24,500 nt of DNA from Alteromonas naphthalenivorans (GCA_047631715.1 JBLICC010000005.1:1-24500), one strand, 5' to 3'. Positions 1 through 8,723 are shown, counted from the first letter of the stretch. Notes: a model not told the origin generated them from the letters alone. Numbers and translations: made by a program.

Positions 1-7
1 GAAACGA

Positions 8-223
8 ATGTCAAAAAGAAAATCAAATATCGAAATTCAAGTTACTAGTAATGTAGAACGATCACTACGCCAGCTTAAAAAGAAAATTGAGCGTGAAGGT
101 GTAGTAAGAGATATGAAACGTGGTGTATACTTTGAACCACCTACTCAAAAGCGTCGTAAACGTCTTATGCGTGCTATTAAACAAAATTATATGCGCATGA
201 TCTCTCAACGCTTGATCAAGTAA
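8..223 (+). CDS. rpsU: 30S ribosomal protein bS21
   Basis: 71 aa basic protein; VERSLRQLKKKIEREG...YFEPPTQKRRK matches the S21 pattern. Confidence 0.92.
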   Translation: MSKRKSNIEIQVTSNVERSLRQLKKKIEREGVVRDMKRGVYFEPPTQKRRKRLMRAIKQNYMRMISQRLIK

Positions 224-227
224 CTAT

Positions 228-593
228 ATGACTAAACTATCTGATGTTAAGCGAGCTCAAAAGGCTTCATTGCTTTTTAGAACTATTTGCAATCTCTTTT
301 TAGAAGCAACATTAGATAATAAAGAGTTAGCTCGTCTTGTTATTACACAGGTCAAATTATCACCTGATAAAAGCAAAGTGTATGCATATTTTTATGCCCC
401 AGAAGGTAAAGAAGTATTTGACGAGTTGTTTCCTCTTTTAAAGATGTATAAACCATCTTTACGAGCTGCAATTGCTAAGTCTATTGCAGGCCGTTATACT
501 CCAGACATTATGTTTAAATTTGATGGATCAAAAGAAAAATCTAATCGCTTAGAAGCTCTTTTATGTAACCTCAAGGATGAAGGCGAACTGTGA
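228..593 (+). CDS. rbfA: Ribosome-binding factor A
   Basis: 121 aa; ITQVKLSPDKSKVYAY and RYTPDIMFKFD match RbfA motifs (ITxVxxSxDL; RxxPxLxFxxD). Confidence 0.88.
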   Translation: MTKLSDVKRAQKASLLFRTICNLFLEATLDNKELARLVITQVKLSPDKSKVYAYFYAPEGKEVFDELFPLLKMYKPSLRAAIAKSIAGRYTPDIMFKFDGSKEKSNRLEALLCNLKDEGEL

Positions 594-1234
594 CTTTCAC
601 ATTAGCTGGAGCATGTATAGGGGCACTGATTCAAGTAGTTCTTATTACTGCTCATACTCTTATTCAAGAACATCTTTCTGGCACTTCTAAAAATTATCTC
701 ATTGATATTATATTATCTGCTTTTTTAGGCTATGCATTTGTTGGAGCATTTTATTCTAGCTTTGCTCTTGGCTATCTTATTTTTTTTACATTGCTTGGTG
801 TTACGCTTTTTACCGATGCTTGGGTTATGCTTATTTCTCGCCATGTTACACTCAGAGCTGTTTGGATAGCATGGATGCTAACCATGATGAAACTTCTACC
901 TCTCTCTTTTGGAGATAGTTTATTTGGAGCTTTCTTTGGTTATATGCTGTTATTAATTGTAGCTAAAATTGCTAAAAAGTATTTTCAGCAAGAAGCACTT
1001 GGACAAGGTGATAAGGATTTATTGTGTATGATTGGAGCCTTTACCGGTTGGCAAGGATGCTGGTTTGCGCTACTCATTGGATCTATTTTAGGTTCTTGTT
1101 TTGGCCTTATTCTAAAAATAAAAAACAATAATTCTTTATATCATCAACAGTTACCATTTGGTACTTTCTTGGCAATGGGAGCAATACTCTATGTTCTCTA
1201 CTCAAAAACTATCTACTCATTACTGCTCATATAA
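590..1234 (+). CDS. A24 family prepilin-peptidase-like protein, lacking the N-terminal Cys/Zn domain
   Basis: Polytopic membrane protein; FTDAWVMLI and LGQGDKDL carry the two catalytic Asp; C-terminal LPFGTFLA; GTG start overlaps the rbfA stop (GTGA). Confidence 0.82.
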   Translation: MTFTLAGACIGALIQVVLITAHTLIQEHLSGTSKNYLIDIILSAFLGYAFVGAFYSSFALGYLIFFTLLGVTLFTDAWVMLISRHVTLRAVWIAWMLTMMKLLPLSFGDSLFGAFFGYMLLLIVAKIAKKYFQQEALGQGDKDLLCMIGAFTGWQGCWFALLIGSILGSCFGLILKIKNNNSLYHQQLPFGTFLAMGAILYVLYSKTIYSLLLI

Positions 1235-1273
1235 AAAAAAGCGTTTTGACACGTGAATGCCAAAACGCTTTTT
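1233..1273. terminator. Bidirectional rho-independent terminator
   Basis: AAAAAGCGTTTTG...CAAAACGCTTTTT inverted repeat with A/T tails between convergent genes. Confidence 0.85.
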
Positions 1274-1295
1274 ACGTTTGTATATTTTTATATAT

Positions 1296-2234
1296 TTATT
1301 TTTTAGGATTTTTTTTTATTAGCTCATGCAAACGGCATACAGCTTGTGAATTCTCTATACGCAATGATGCTTTTGGATGTGTTGACCCAGTACTATCTTG
1401 AAAATTATCATACATTGCTTGCATCGTACAAACAATAGCTTTTCCATTTTCTAGCGAAGTAGCGGCACCTAAAATATCCGTATATTCTTCGTTAATACAA
1501 GTAAATTCAGCCAGATCTTCCTTCGGAATAAATATCTTATTACCTTTATTGTCAGCAATATCTATAGAATCTAACAGACAAATCATATGCTCAAAACTTA
1601 CTTCCATATTTGCCATATCTCTTCCATGAATAGATTCATGCACAATTGCCCCTATGCGAGCCTGAGAACTAAAATTATAACGATTTAAATCATCATGATT
1701 AATATAAATGATTATATTTAATTTTTTAAAATATAATTGCCTATATGCTATACATTTTATAATCGCTTGATCAGTTTCAATAAAAGTGATCGTACAATCT
1801 TCTTCAATAATTTCTTTTATTTTTTTTTCATACAAAGCTTTATCTTTAAACAAAGTTGATCGAGTACAACAAAAAGAAAAGCTTAACGATGCTTGCCATC
1901 TTTTCCCTAGCTTTTTTAACTGTTGAACAATAAAGATACGAGACCAACCAGTAATAGAATTTATAGAGGTAAATAATTTCTCTCTCAATGGATAGATTGC
2001 TTCATCTCTTTTTTTTAAAAAGAAATCTCTTAGCGACTCTCCTGATTGCAACTCCCTATACCATTGTTGAGCTTTTACTTCACAATTATCATATTCAAGC
2101 TGAATAGAAGAAAACTCTTGAGTTGTTTTTTGCTTATTGTTCCAACATAAACAGGTTGGGAGCCTAATAGATGACTCTAAAGAAGCAACTACTGCTAATA
2201 AAACAATAAAAAAACGAAATTTTTTAATAACCAT
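1296..2234 (-). CDS. Exported M48-like zinc metallopeptidase (alternative start 2270)
   Basis: Signal-like MVIKKFRFFIVLLAVVASLES; HExxH (VHESIH); downstream EEYTD; C-terminal STHPKASLRI matching the M48 THPxxxxRI motif. Confidence 0.62.
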   Translation of the reverse strand: MVIKKFRFFIVLLAVVASLESSIRLPTCLCWNNKQKTTQEFSSIQLEYDNCEVKAQQWYRELQSGESLRDFFLKKRDEAIYPLREKLFTSINSITGWSRIFIVQQLKKLGKRWQASLSFSFCCTRSTLFKDKALYEKKIKEIIEEDCTITFIETDQAIIKCIAYRQLYFKKLNIIIYINHDDLNRYNFSSQARIGAIVHESIHGRDMANMEVSFEHMICLLDSIDIADNKGNKIFIPKEDLAEFTCINEEYTDILGAATSLENGKAIVCTMQAMYDNFQDSTGSTHPKASLRIENSQAVCRLHELIKKNPKK

Positions 2235-2290
2235 ACAACAACAACCCCATTTAAGGACACATACATCCATTTATTATGTATGATAATATC

Positions 2291-2318
2291 AAAGTACCCT
2301 ATAACCCCAATAAGTCAA
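2291..2318 (-). promoter_or_regulatory. Putative sigma70-type promoter TTGACT-N16-TACTTT
   Basis: Read on the minus strand upstream of the M48-like gene. Confidence 0.5.
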
Positions 2319-2336
2319 TCAGAAGGCTCTATCCAA

Positions 2337-2960
2337 TCACTTTTTAAGCATGAACGGATTTAATTCTTCTTTTGAATACGCACCCTCACGAACAATCACA
2401 AATGGCTCTTTCGTAGTATCAAGAATTGTTGATGGCAATGATTGATGATTACTTGCCCCTACAATAAGAGTAGATGCCTGCTGCTTAATGATTGGGTTTA
2501 ATTCACTCAAAGTAGTCGGAATAGGCTCACCAGTTAGATTTGCACTCGTAGAAAATAATGGCCCTGTTTGAGCTAAAATCTGCTGCACTCTATCATGTTT
2601 AGGCATTCTAACCGCAATCGTACTGTCACTTGAAGTCATATAAGCTGGAACCGTAGACTTAGCCTTAAAAATAAGAGTCAGCGGTCCGGGCCAAAAATGT
2701 GCCATAATGTTTTCTACCTGTAACAAATATCTCGACTCAACGTACTGATTCAGTTCAAATGATACAGGAATCAACAAAAGATATGGCTTTTTCGATCTTT
2801 TTTTAATTTTATTTAAGCTTAAAAATCCTTGGTCTGTTGGCTGTGAATATAATCCCAAGACCGTATCAGAGGGCCCTACCACTACAGAACCTTCCTGTAA
2901 TAAGCTTATTACTTTTCTTATAGAAAGATTATTATCCCAATTTACCGTTTTATTTGTCAT
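2337..2960 (-). CDS. tsaC: Threonylcarbamoyl-AMP synthase (TsaC/YrdC/Sua5 family)
   Basis: PSDTVLGL, KKR, FWPGPLT, AVRMP, STSAN, PSTILD and REGA motifs. Confidence 0.92.
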   Translation of the reverse strand: MTNKTVNWDNNLSIRKVISLLQEGSVVVGPSDTVLGLYSQPTDQGFLSLNKIKKRSKKPYLLLIPVSFELNQYVESRYLLQVENIMAHFWPGPLTLIFKAKSTVPAYMTSSDSTIAVRMPKHDRVQQILAQTGPLFSTSANLTGEPIPTTLSELNPIIKQQASTLIVGASNHQSLPSTILDTTKEPFVIVREGAYSKEELNPFMLKK

Positions 2961-3014
2961 TTTTTGAACTTTTGTAAATATTTATCATTTTTCTCTTACT
3001 TAATTATTACCAGA

Positions 3015-3042
3015 TTGACATTTCTTTAATATAACGTAAACT
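3015..3042 (+). promoter_or_regulatory. Putative sigma70-type promoter TTGACA-N16-TAAACT of the folC-like/atp operon
   Basis: Perfect -35 at 3015-3020 and TAAACT at 3037-3042; GAGGA SD precedes the ATG at 3147. Confidence 0.55.
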
Positions 3043-3146
3043 TATTTAACAGTCACGTATGGCTTTAAATAAATCTTTTTAAGGTGACTATAAGCTAAAT
3101 AGTAATGAAATATAAAATGGATGTTAATTAAAAACGAGGAATAATA

Positions 3147-4568
3147 ATGAGCACAGTAAAACAAACTACTACCTCACCTAAAAGTGCGGTTACTCTAGGA
3201 AAACAACGTAACTATGCAGAAGTCGTAGATTTTTTAAATAAAAACTGGACTACTGGATGCGATGGAAAAAATGTAGAAAGAGCACGTAAGCTTGATAAAG
3301 CATTTAACTCCCCTTCTCAAAAAATTGAAACTGTTTTGGTTGGTGGAACAAATGGAAAAAGCTTAACCGTTCATTTTGCAACTAAGTTATTACGCACCGA
3401 AGGCTTTACTGTTGGTTCATTTTATGCCCCTCACTTGCTTACCTATAATGAACGTTTCTCTCTTGATGAAGAAACAATCACAAATAAATTATTTACCGAG
3501 CTTGCTAACGAAGTTATTAATACTGCTGAAAGCATCGGTCTAAAAGCAAATACTCAAGAACTTCTTACACAAATTGCTTTTAATTACTTTACTCAAAATA
3601 ACGTTGATGTTGCAGTACTTGAAGTAGAACACGGCGGGGCTTCTCATTCAACGGTTATTAGCTCTCCAAAAATTGTTGCTATTACTCGTCTAACCAGCAC
3701 TGATGTAAATGCTGAAGGACAAGCTTCTCAAGAAGTTATAAAAGAATATTTAGGAGCAGTCGCTAAAGACGCACATCTACTTTCTTCTGATCAAAATAAA
3801 GCAAACTTAAAAAGTATGAGTGAACATGCTGCTCAAGTTGGTGCTGAATGGGCAATGCCTATCAGAAAACTTGTTGCGCTTACGTATCCATTTGAACAAC
3901 TTCATGGACGTTGTGCTGCATTAGCAGAAAGAATTGCTTCTGTATTTGTTAATTCATTTGCTTTCAATCACCCATCACTTGTAAAAGATAGTTTACTTGC
4001 AAGAGTAAAAGGGCAAAGAGGCAGACCTACTTTAGAAGCAAAACGCGAATCACAAATTAATCCAAAAAGAACTATCGAACATTTTTGGAAAGAAACAACA
4101 AGCACACTTTCTGGTCGTTTCCAACTTTTAGAAAAAGAAAAACCAACAGTATTACTTGATAATGCAAATAACATTGATGCATTTAGTAACTTCTTACTAG
4201 GTATCAGATTATTACATTACAATCGCTCTCTTAAAGGACTTACTCTTATTATCGGTTGCCCTCAAGAAACACTTGATTATCAAGAGTTCTTGCGTGCTAT
4301 TAGATATTTCTTTAAGAAAACTTCTGGAAATATATTTATTTGTCCTGTACCAGAACGAGCAGATCAACAAACTACTTCTTGGGATGCCGAAAAAGTTGCT
4401 CAAGATATGAAAGCTCTTAAAATTAAAGCACGTGCTGTACGAAGCTTTAAAGATGCTTTTGATGCTGCAAAGAAAACAGTTAATGATCGTCATGGCCTTA
4501 TTGCTATTGCAGGATCAGAAAACTTTGTTGCAGAATACTGGAACTACAAGGGTATTAAAAAAATATAA
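3147..4568 (+). CDS. Divergent FolC/FPGS-family (Mur-ligase fold) protein, catalytic motifs eroded
   Basis: GGTNGKS P-loop, GSFYAPHLLTYNERF, DVAVLEV, GRFQ and LLDNANN are collinear with FolC, but several catalytic motifs are substituted. Confidence 0.78.
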   Translation: MSTVKQTTTSPKSAVTLGKQRNYAEVVDFLNKNWTTGCDGKNVERARKLDKAFNSPSQKIETVLVGGTNGKSLTVHFATKLLRTEGFTVGSFYAPHLLTYNERFSLDEETITNKLFTELANEVINTAESIGLKANTQELLTQIAFNYFTQNNVDVAVLEVEHGGASHSTVISSPKIVAITRLTSTDVNAEGQASQEVIKEYLGAVAKDAHLLSSDQNKANLKSMSEHAAQVGAEWAMPIRKLVALTYPFEQLHGRCAALAERIASVFVNSFAFNHPSLVKDSLLARVKGQRGRPTLEAKRESQINPKRTIEHFWKETTSTLSGRFQLLEKEKPTVLLDNANNIDAFSNFLLGIRLLHYNRSLKGLTLIIGCPQETLDYQEFLRAIRYFFKKTSGNIFICPVPERADQQTTSWDAEKVAQDMKALKIKARAVRSFKDAFDAAKKTVNDRHGLIAIAGSENFVAEYWNYKGIKKI

Positions 4569-4571
4569 TCC

Positions 4572-4859
4572 ATGACACTTTTACTTATTCTTAAGTCTTT
4601 TGCATTAGGCAGCATTACGGGATGTATATATGGTTTTTTATTAACCAGAAAAATGTCTGCTTTTGCTCATGGACCTACAGATTCTGTTAAAAGTAATTTT
4701 GTATCATTCTTTTTTATAGCGCTTGCACGAATTTTCTTTATTGCATTTCTATGGAATTATATATTGCGTAGAACCTCTCTGAACATTATACTAGTATTGG
4801 TATCTTTTTTAGCGAGTTTTTGGGCAGTCGTCATAAAAAAGAAAGTTCTTAATGAATGA
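4572..4859 (+). CDS. ATP synthase accessory membrane protein (AtpI/AtpR-like)
   Basis: 95 aa with about 3 TM segments and an Arg in the second (ALARIFF); directly upstream of and overlapping atpB. Confidence 0.6.
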   Translation: MTLLLILKSFALGSITGCIYGFLLTRKMSAFAHGPTDSVKSNFVSFFFIALARIFFIAFLWNYILRRTSLNIILVLVSFLASFWAVVIKKKVLNE

Positions 4860-5592
4860 TTTTAATCTCTTAGGTGCGAAAGAGTTTTGGAATCCATTTA
4901 AACGATATGGTTTCACACACTCTTTTTATAACATTACCACCGATACGATAATCGCTACGTGGGTTGTTCTTATTGTAATTCTTTTATTGATCGTCATTGG
5001 GCGATTAGTTTTTAAAAATAAAAAAAGCAGAGTTCGTTACGCACTCATAACAGCAACCGAAGGTTTTATGGATCTCTGTACGCAAACACTGGGAACCTTT
5101 AACTTTCATCATTTTAGCTTTGTCTTCGCTTTATTTATTTTTATTCTTATATGTAACACTATAAGCCTTTTACCTTATCTAGAAGAACCAACTGCAGATT
5201 TAAGTACAACATTGGCTCTTGGAACCCTCTCTTTCTTATATGCAAATTATTATGCAATTAAAGCACAAGGCATCAAAGAATACATAAAAGAATTCTTTCA
5301 ACCGTTCTTTATTATGTTTCCTCTTAATGTAGTAGGAAAACTAGCTTCTATTATTTCTATATCATTCCGTTTGTTTGGAAACATGCTCGGAGGTTCTGTT
5401 ATTGCTAATATTTATACAAGCAGCGTCAGTAGCCATTGGGTAGGTATTCTTGCAAATTTTTGTGGATTCAATTTATTAATGGCATTCTTTTTTACTATTT
5501 TTGCCGGCAGCATTCAAGCATTTGTATTTGCTATGCTCTCGTTAACCTATCTTTCACTCGGTATTCAGGGTGAACACTCAGAAGGCTCCTAA
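4852..5592 (+). CDS. atpB: Fo ATP synthase subunit a
   Basis: PTADLSTTLAL, SISFRLFGN (essential Arg) and IQAFVFAMLSLTY motifs. Confidence 0.95.
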   Translation: MNDFNLLGAKEFWNPFKRYGFTHSFYNITTDTIIATWVVLIVILLLIVIGRLVFKNKKSRVRYALITATEGFMDLCTQTLGTFNFHHFSFVFALFIFILICNTISLLPYLEEPTADLSTTLALGTLSFLYANYYAIKAQGIKEYIKEFFQPFFIMFPLNVVGKLASIISISFRLFGNMLGGSVIANIYTSSVSSHWVGILANFCGFNLLMAFFFTIFAGSIQAFVFAMLSLTYLSLGIQGEHSEGS

Positions 5593-5594
5593 TT

Positions 5595-6554
5595 ATGTTT
5601 GATACATCATTTCTTCATTATGCAACCGTTGGATTAGTTGTTGGATGTAATTCTGTTGCAGTAGGAATAGGAGAAGGTCTAACTAGTTTAGCGGCCCTTA
5701 AAGCATTTATTATTCAACCAAGTGCACGCGAAGAAATAACACGAACACTTATGTTGAGTATGGCACTTATAGAAACATCTGCGGTCATTGGTCTTACTAT
5801 TGGCTTTATGTTTCTTACTCCTCCCGCAGATAATCCACATGTATTTCTTATGCATTACAGTGTTACCGGAATTGGATTAGCAATTTGTTTAACAGGTTTT
5901 GTTCTTGGGATTGCTGCATCTTTTCCTGCACAGGCTGCCTGCCTTGCGGTTGCTCGACAACCTTTTTTTAATCAAAAAATTCAAATGCTTATGCTTTTAA
6001 CACAATCGCTTATGCAAACACCTTTATTATTCGCTTTTATTATTTCTTTTTTTATTAAAGAACAAATTCCACACGTCACCTCTTTGGCAGGAAGCATGCG
6101 CTTAATTGCCGCAGGTCTCTGTATTGGGCTCGGCAGCATTGGACCAACTATTGGTCTTGCACATTTTGCACGCCAAGCATGTAAAAGCTTAGGTGTTAAT
6201 CGTTATGCCTATAAAGAAATACTTTCTTTTACACTTATTAGCGAAGCACTTATAGAATCTCCTATTATTTTTTCTCTTGTTATGTCCTTTGCCCTTTTGG
6301 GAACCAATCCATCTGCCATGTCTCTTGCAACAGGAGGTATTCCTTTTATTGCAGCAGCCATTGTTATGGGGCTCGGAACTCTGGGTGTTGGTATTGGTTC
6401 TGGATACACAGCAACCAAATCATGTAAATATCTTGCAATTAATCCTGAAAGTTATTCTCAACTTTCTCGAACAAGTCTCACAGCACAAGTACTTATCGAA
6501 ACCTGTTCAATTTACGCATTTTTAATTGCATTGTTTGTATTGCTACTCCAATAA
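5595..6554 (+). CDS. atpE: Fo ATP synthase subunit c, fourfold tandem fusion (4 hairpins, 8 TM)
   Basis: Four ~81-aa repeats, each with a Gly-rich inner helix, a loop (IQP/RQP/VNR/INP) and a carboxylate-site residue 19 aa later (E60, Q141, E221, E302); follows atpB. Confidence 0.9.
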   Translation: MFDTSFLHYATVGLVVGCNSVAVGIGEGLTSLAALKAFIIQPSAREEITRTLMLSMALIETSAVIGLTIGFMFLTPPADNPHVFLMHYSVTGIGLAICLTGFVLGIAASFPAQAACLAVARQPFFNQKIQMLMLLTQSLMQTPLLFAFIISFFIKEQIPHVTSLAGSMRLIAAGLCIGLGSIGPTIGLAHFARQACKSLGVNRYAYKEILSFTLISEALIESPIIFSLVMSFALLGTNPSAMSLATGGIPFIAAAIVMGLGTLGVGIGSGYTATKSCKYLAINPESYSQLSRTSLTAQVLIETCSIYAFLIALFVLLLQ

Positions 6555-6567
6555 ATAAAGGATAGTC

Positions 6568-7686
6568 ATGGGGAAAAAAAAGGAGATCCATGTTATTTAC
6601 ATCGTCACAAAATTAGAATTAGGAGGTGCACAAAAAGTATGCCTTTCTTTATTCAATGAACTACAAAAACAACATCAATCATGGCTTATCTCCGGAACAG
6701 AAGGTCAATTAGTACAAGAAACACAATCCAAAACAAATGTTATTCTTCTTGATGCTCTTAAAAGAGAAATCGGATTTTCTGAATTAAAAGCTTTTTTAGA
6801 TCTCATAAGAACCATTAAAAAATATAAAACAAAATATAAAAATTTAATTGTTCATACCCATAGTACCAAAGCTGGCTACTTAGGGCGCTGGGCTGCTTGG
6901 TTTGCAGGAGTAAAATATAGAGTACATACCGTTCATGGATTTGGTTTTCATGAACATCAATCATGGCTTAGTTATAGCATGAGCTATGTGCTCGAAGTTA
7001 TTACCAGTTTTATAACCACTCATTATGTATGCGTTTCTACCAAAGATGTTGAAGTTGGCATTGATCTATTGCCCTCATTTGGTTATAAACATTCCATTAT
7101 TAGAGCAGCTGTTAATAATCATCTTTTTGTTCCTGCTACACAAAAAACAACCTCTACAAAATCTTTTGTATTTGGAACAGTGTCATGCTTTAAAGAACAA
7201 AAAAATATCTTCGATCTTTTACATGCGTTCGCATACACCCATATGCATCACCCCCACTCTAAGCTAGAAATTATTGGCGATGGATTCTTGCGTCCTCAAA
7301 TAGAAAAATGGATTGAACAACATAATTTACAGCACGCTATTACTCTACATGGATGGCAAAAAATAGTAGCCCCTCTTATGCGTTCTTGGCATGTATTTCT
7401 TTTATCTTCTTTGTGGGAAGGTCTACCTTGTGCCATTGTAGAAGCACGCTTTTTAAAACTTCCAGTTATTGCCTATAACGTAGGTGGCATTAGTGATATT
7501 ATTAATCATGGCCAAAACGGGTTACTTTATAAACCAAAAGATAAAGAAGCTCTTGGAAAAGGTATGCTCTCTCTTGCTAAAGATAAACAGTTATACCAAA
7601 AGCTTAGTTCTCACCAAGAAGATCTCTCTGAGTTTACTACCGCTGCTATGGTAGAAGAACATATTTCTTTGTATCGATCGCTCTAA
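6568..7686 (+). CDS. Glycosyltransferase family 4 (GT-B)
   Basis: LELGGAQK, HTHSTKAG, HTVHG and SLWEGLPCAIVEA (Ex7E) motifs. Confidence 0.92.
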   Translation: MGKKKEIHVIYIVTKLELGGAQKVCLSLFNELQKQHQSWLISGTEGQLVQETQSKTNVILLDALKREIGFSELKAFLDLIRTIKKYKTKYKNLIVHTHSTKAGYLGRWAAWFAGVKYRVHTVHGFGFHEHQSWLSYSMSYVLEVITSFITTHYVCVSTKDVEVGIDLLPSFGYKHSIIRAAVNNHLFVPATQKTTSTKSFVFGTVSCFKEQKNIFDLLHAFAYTHMHHPHSKLEIIGDGFLRPQIEKWIEQHNLQHAITLHGWQKIVAPLMRSWHVFLLSSLWEGLPCAIVEARFLKLPVIAYNVGGISDIINHGQNGLLYKPKDKEALGKGMLSLAKDKQLYQKLSSHQEDLSEFTTAAMVEEHISLYRSL

Positions 7687-7738
7687 TCGTTTATGCTAGG
7701 CACAAACAGTTTAGAACTTAGATAAAAAAGAGATTTTT

Positions 7739-8719
7739 ATGCACCACAAAACAATCATCGAAGCAATTGGCAACACACCCCTCGTAAAACTTCCTCTCAA
7801 TACACCCGCAACTATTTTAGCAAAACTTGAATATTTAAATCCGGGAGGTAGCGTTAAAGATCGCTCCGCTCTTTATATGATAGAAAAAGCAGAACAAAAA
7901 AAACTGCTTCAACCAGGTGGTACTATCATCGATGCCTCATCAGGAAACCAAGGCATTGCTTTAGCTATGATAGGAGTCTTAAAAGGTTACAAAGTAATTA
8001 TAACGGTTTCAGAAAAAATCAGCCGCGAAAAATACCAAACCCTCAAAGCTTATGGAGCACAAGTAGTTGTTTGCCCGGCAACCACTTTTATTAATGATCC
8101 CAAAAGTTACCATATGCAAGCAAAAGCACTTCACGAACAAATTCCAGGATCGTTTATGCCGGATCAGTACTATAATATCGAAAATAGATGGGCACACTAT
8201 AATCTTTTGGGACCAGAAATCTGGGAACAAACCAACGGCACCATTACCCACTATTTTGCTGGATTAGGTACCGGAGGAACTGCTAGCGGAGCCGGACAGT
8301 ATTTAAAAGAAAAAAATCCTGATATCAAAGTTATTGGTATGGATTCAGAAAATTCTCTTAGGGCAACCAATGGCAACCCCAAACCATACGCCATCGAAGG
8401 CATTGGTATAGATTTTACGTCAAAGGTGATTAACTACGACGTTATAGACGAAATTATTAATATTGGTGATGCCGAAGCACTTACTATGCTCAAAACTCTT
8501 GCTCATACCTATGGACTATTGGGTGGACCAAGCACCGGAGCTGTAGCCGTAGGAGTTCATAAAAAATTAGCATCTTTAACAAAAGATGATGTTGTTGTCA
8601 TGATTTGTGGAGATTCTGGACGGGCCTATTTAAGTAAAAATTTCTATCAAAATGAAGATGAACCATCTATTCCAATACTCTCTACAGAAATGACTTTTAA
8701 AGAAAATATGCTTATTTAA
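7739..8719 (+). CDS. PLP-dependent cysteine synthase / cystathionine beta-synthase family protein
   Basis: IGNTPL, EYLNPGGSVKDR (PLP Lys), SSGNQG, GTGGT and DSGRAYLSK motifs. Confidence 0.92.
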   Translation: MHHKTIIEAIGNTPLVKLPLNTPATILAKLEYLNPGGSVKDRSALYMIEKAEQKKLLQPGGTIIDASSGNQGIALAMIGVLKGYKVIITVSEKISREKYQTLKAYGAQVVVCPATTFINDPKSYHMQAKALHEQIPGSFMPDQYYNIENRWAHYNLLGPEIWEQTNGTITHYFAGLGTGGTASGAGQYLKEKNPDIKVIGMDSENSLRATNGNPKPYAIEGIGIDFTSKVINYDVIDEIINIGDAEALTMLKTLAHTYGLLGGPSTGAVAVGVHKKLASLTKDDVVVMICGDSGRAYLSKNFYQNEDEPSIPILSTEMTFKENMLI

Positions 8720-8723
8720 TGAA

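Noticed and set aside
3051..3089. Leader hairpin AGTCAC...GTGACT before the folC-like gene as a THF or other riboswitch
   Set aside because: Only a 6-bp stem with an AT-rich interior; no riboswitch consensus.
5595..6554. c-subunit repeats as an assembly artefact
   Set aside because: The repeats are highly diverged at DNA and protein level within one continuous frame, indicating old duplication.
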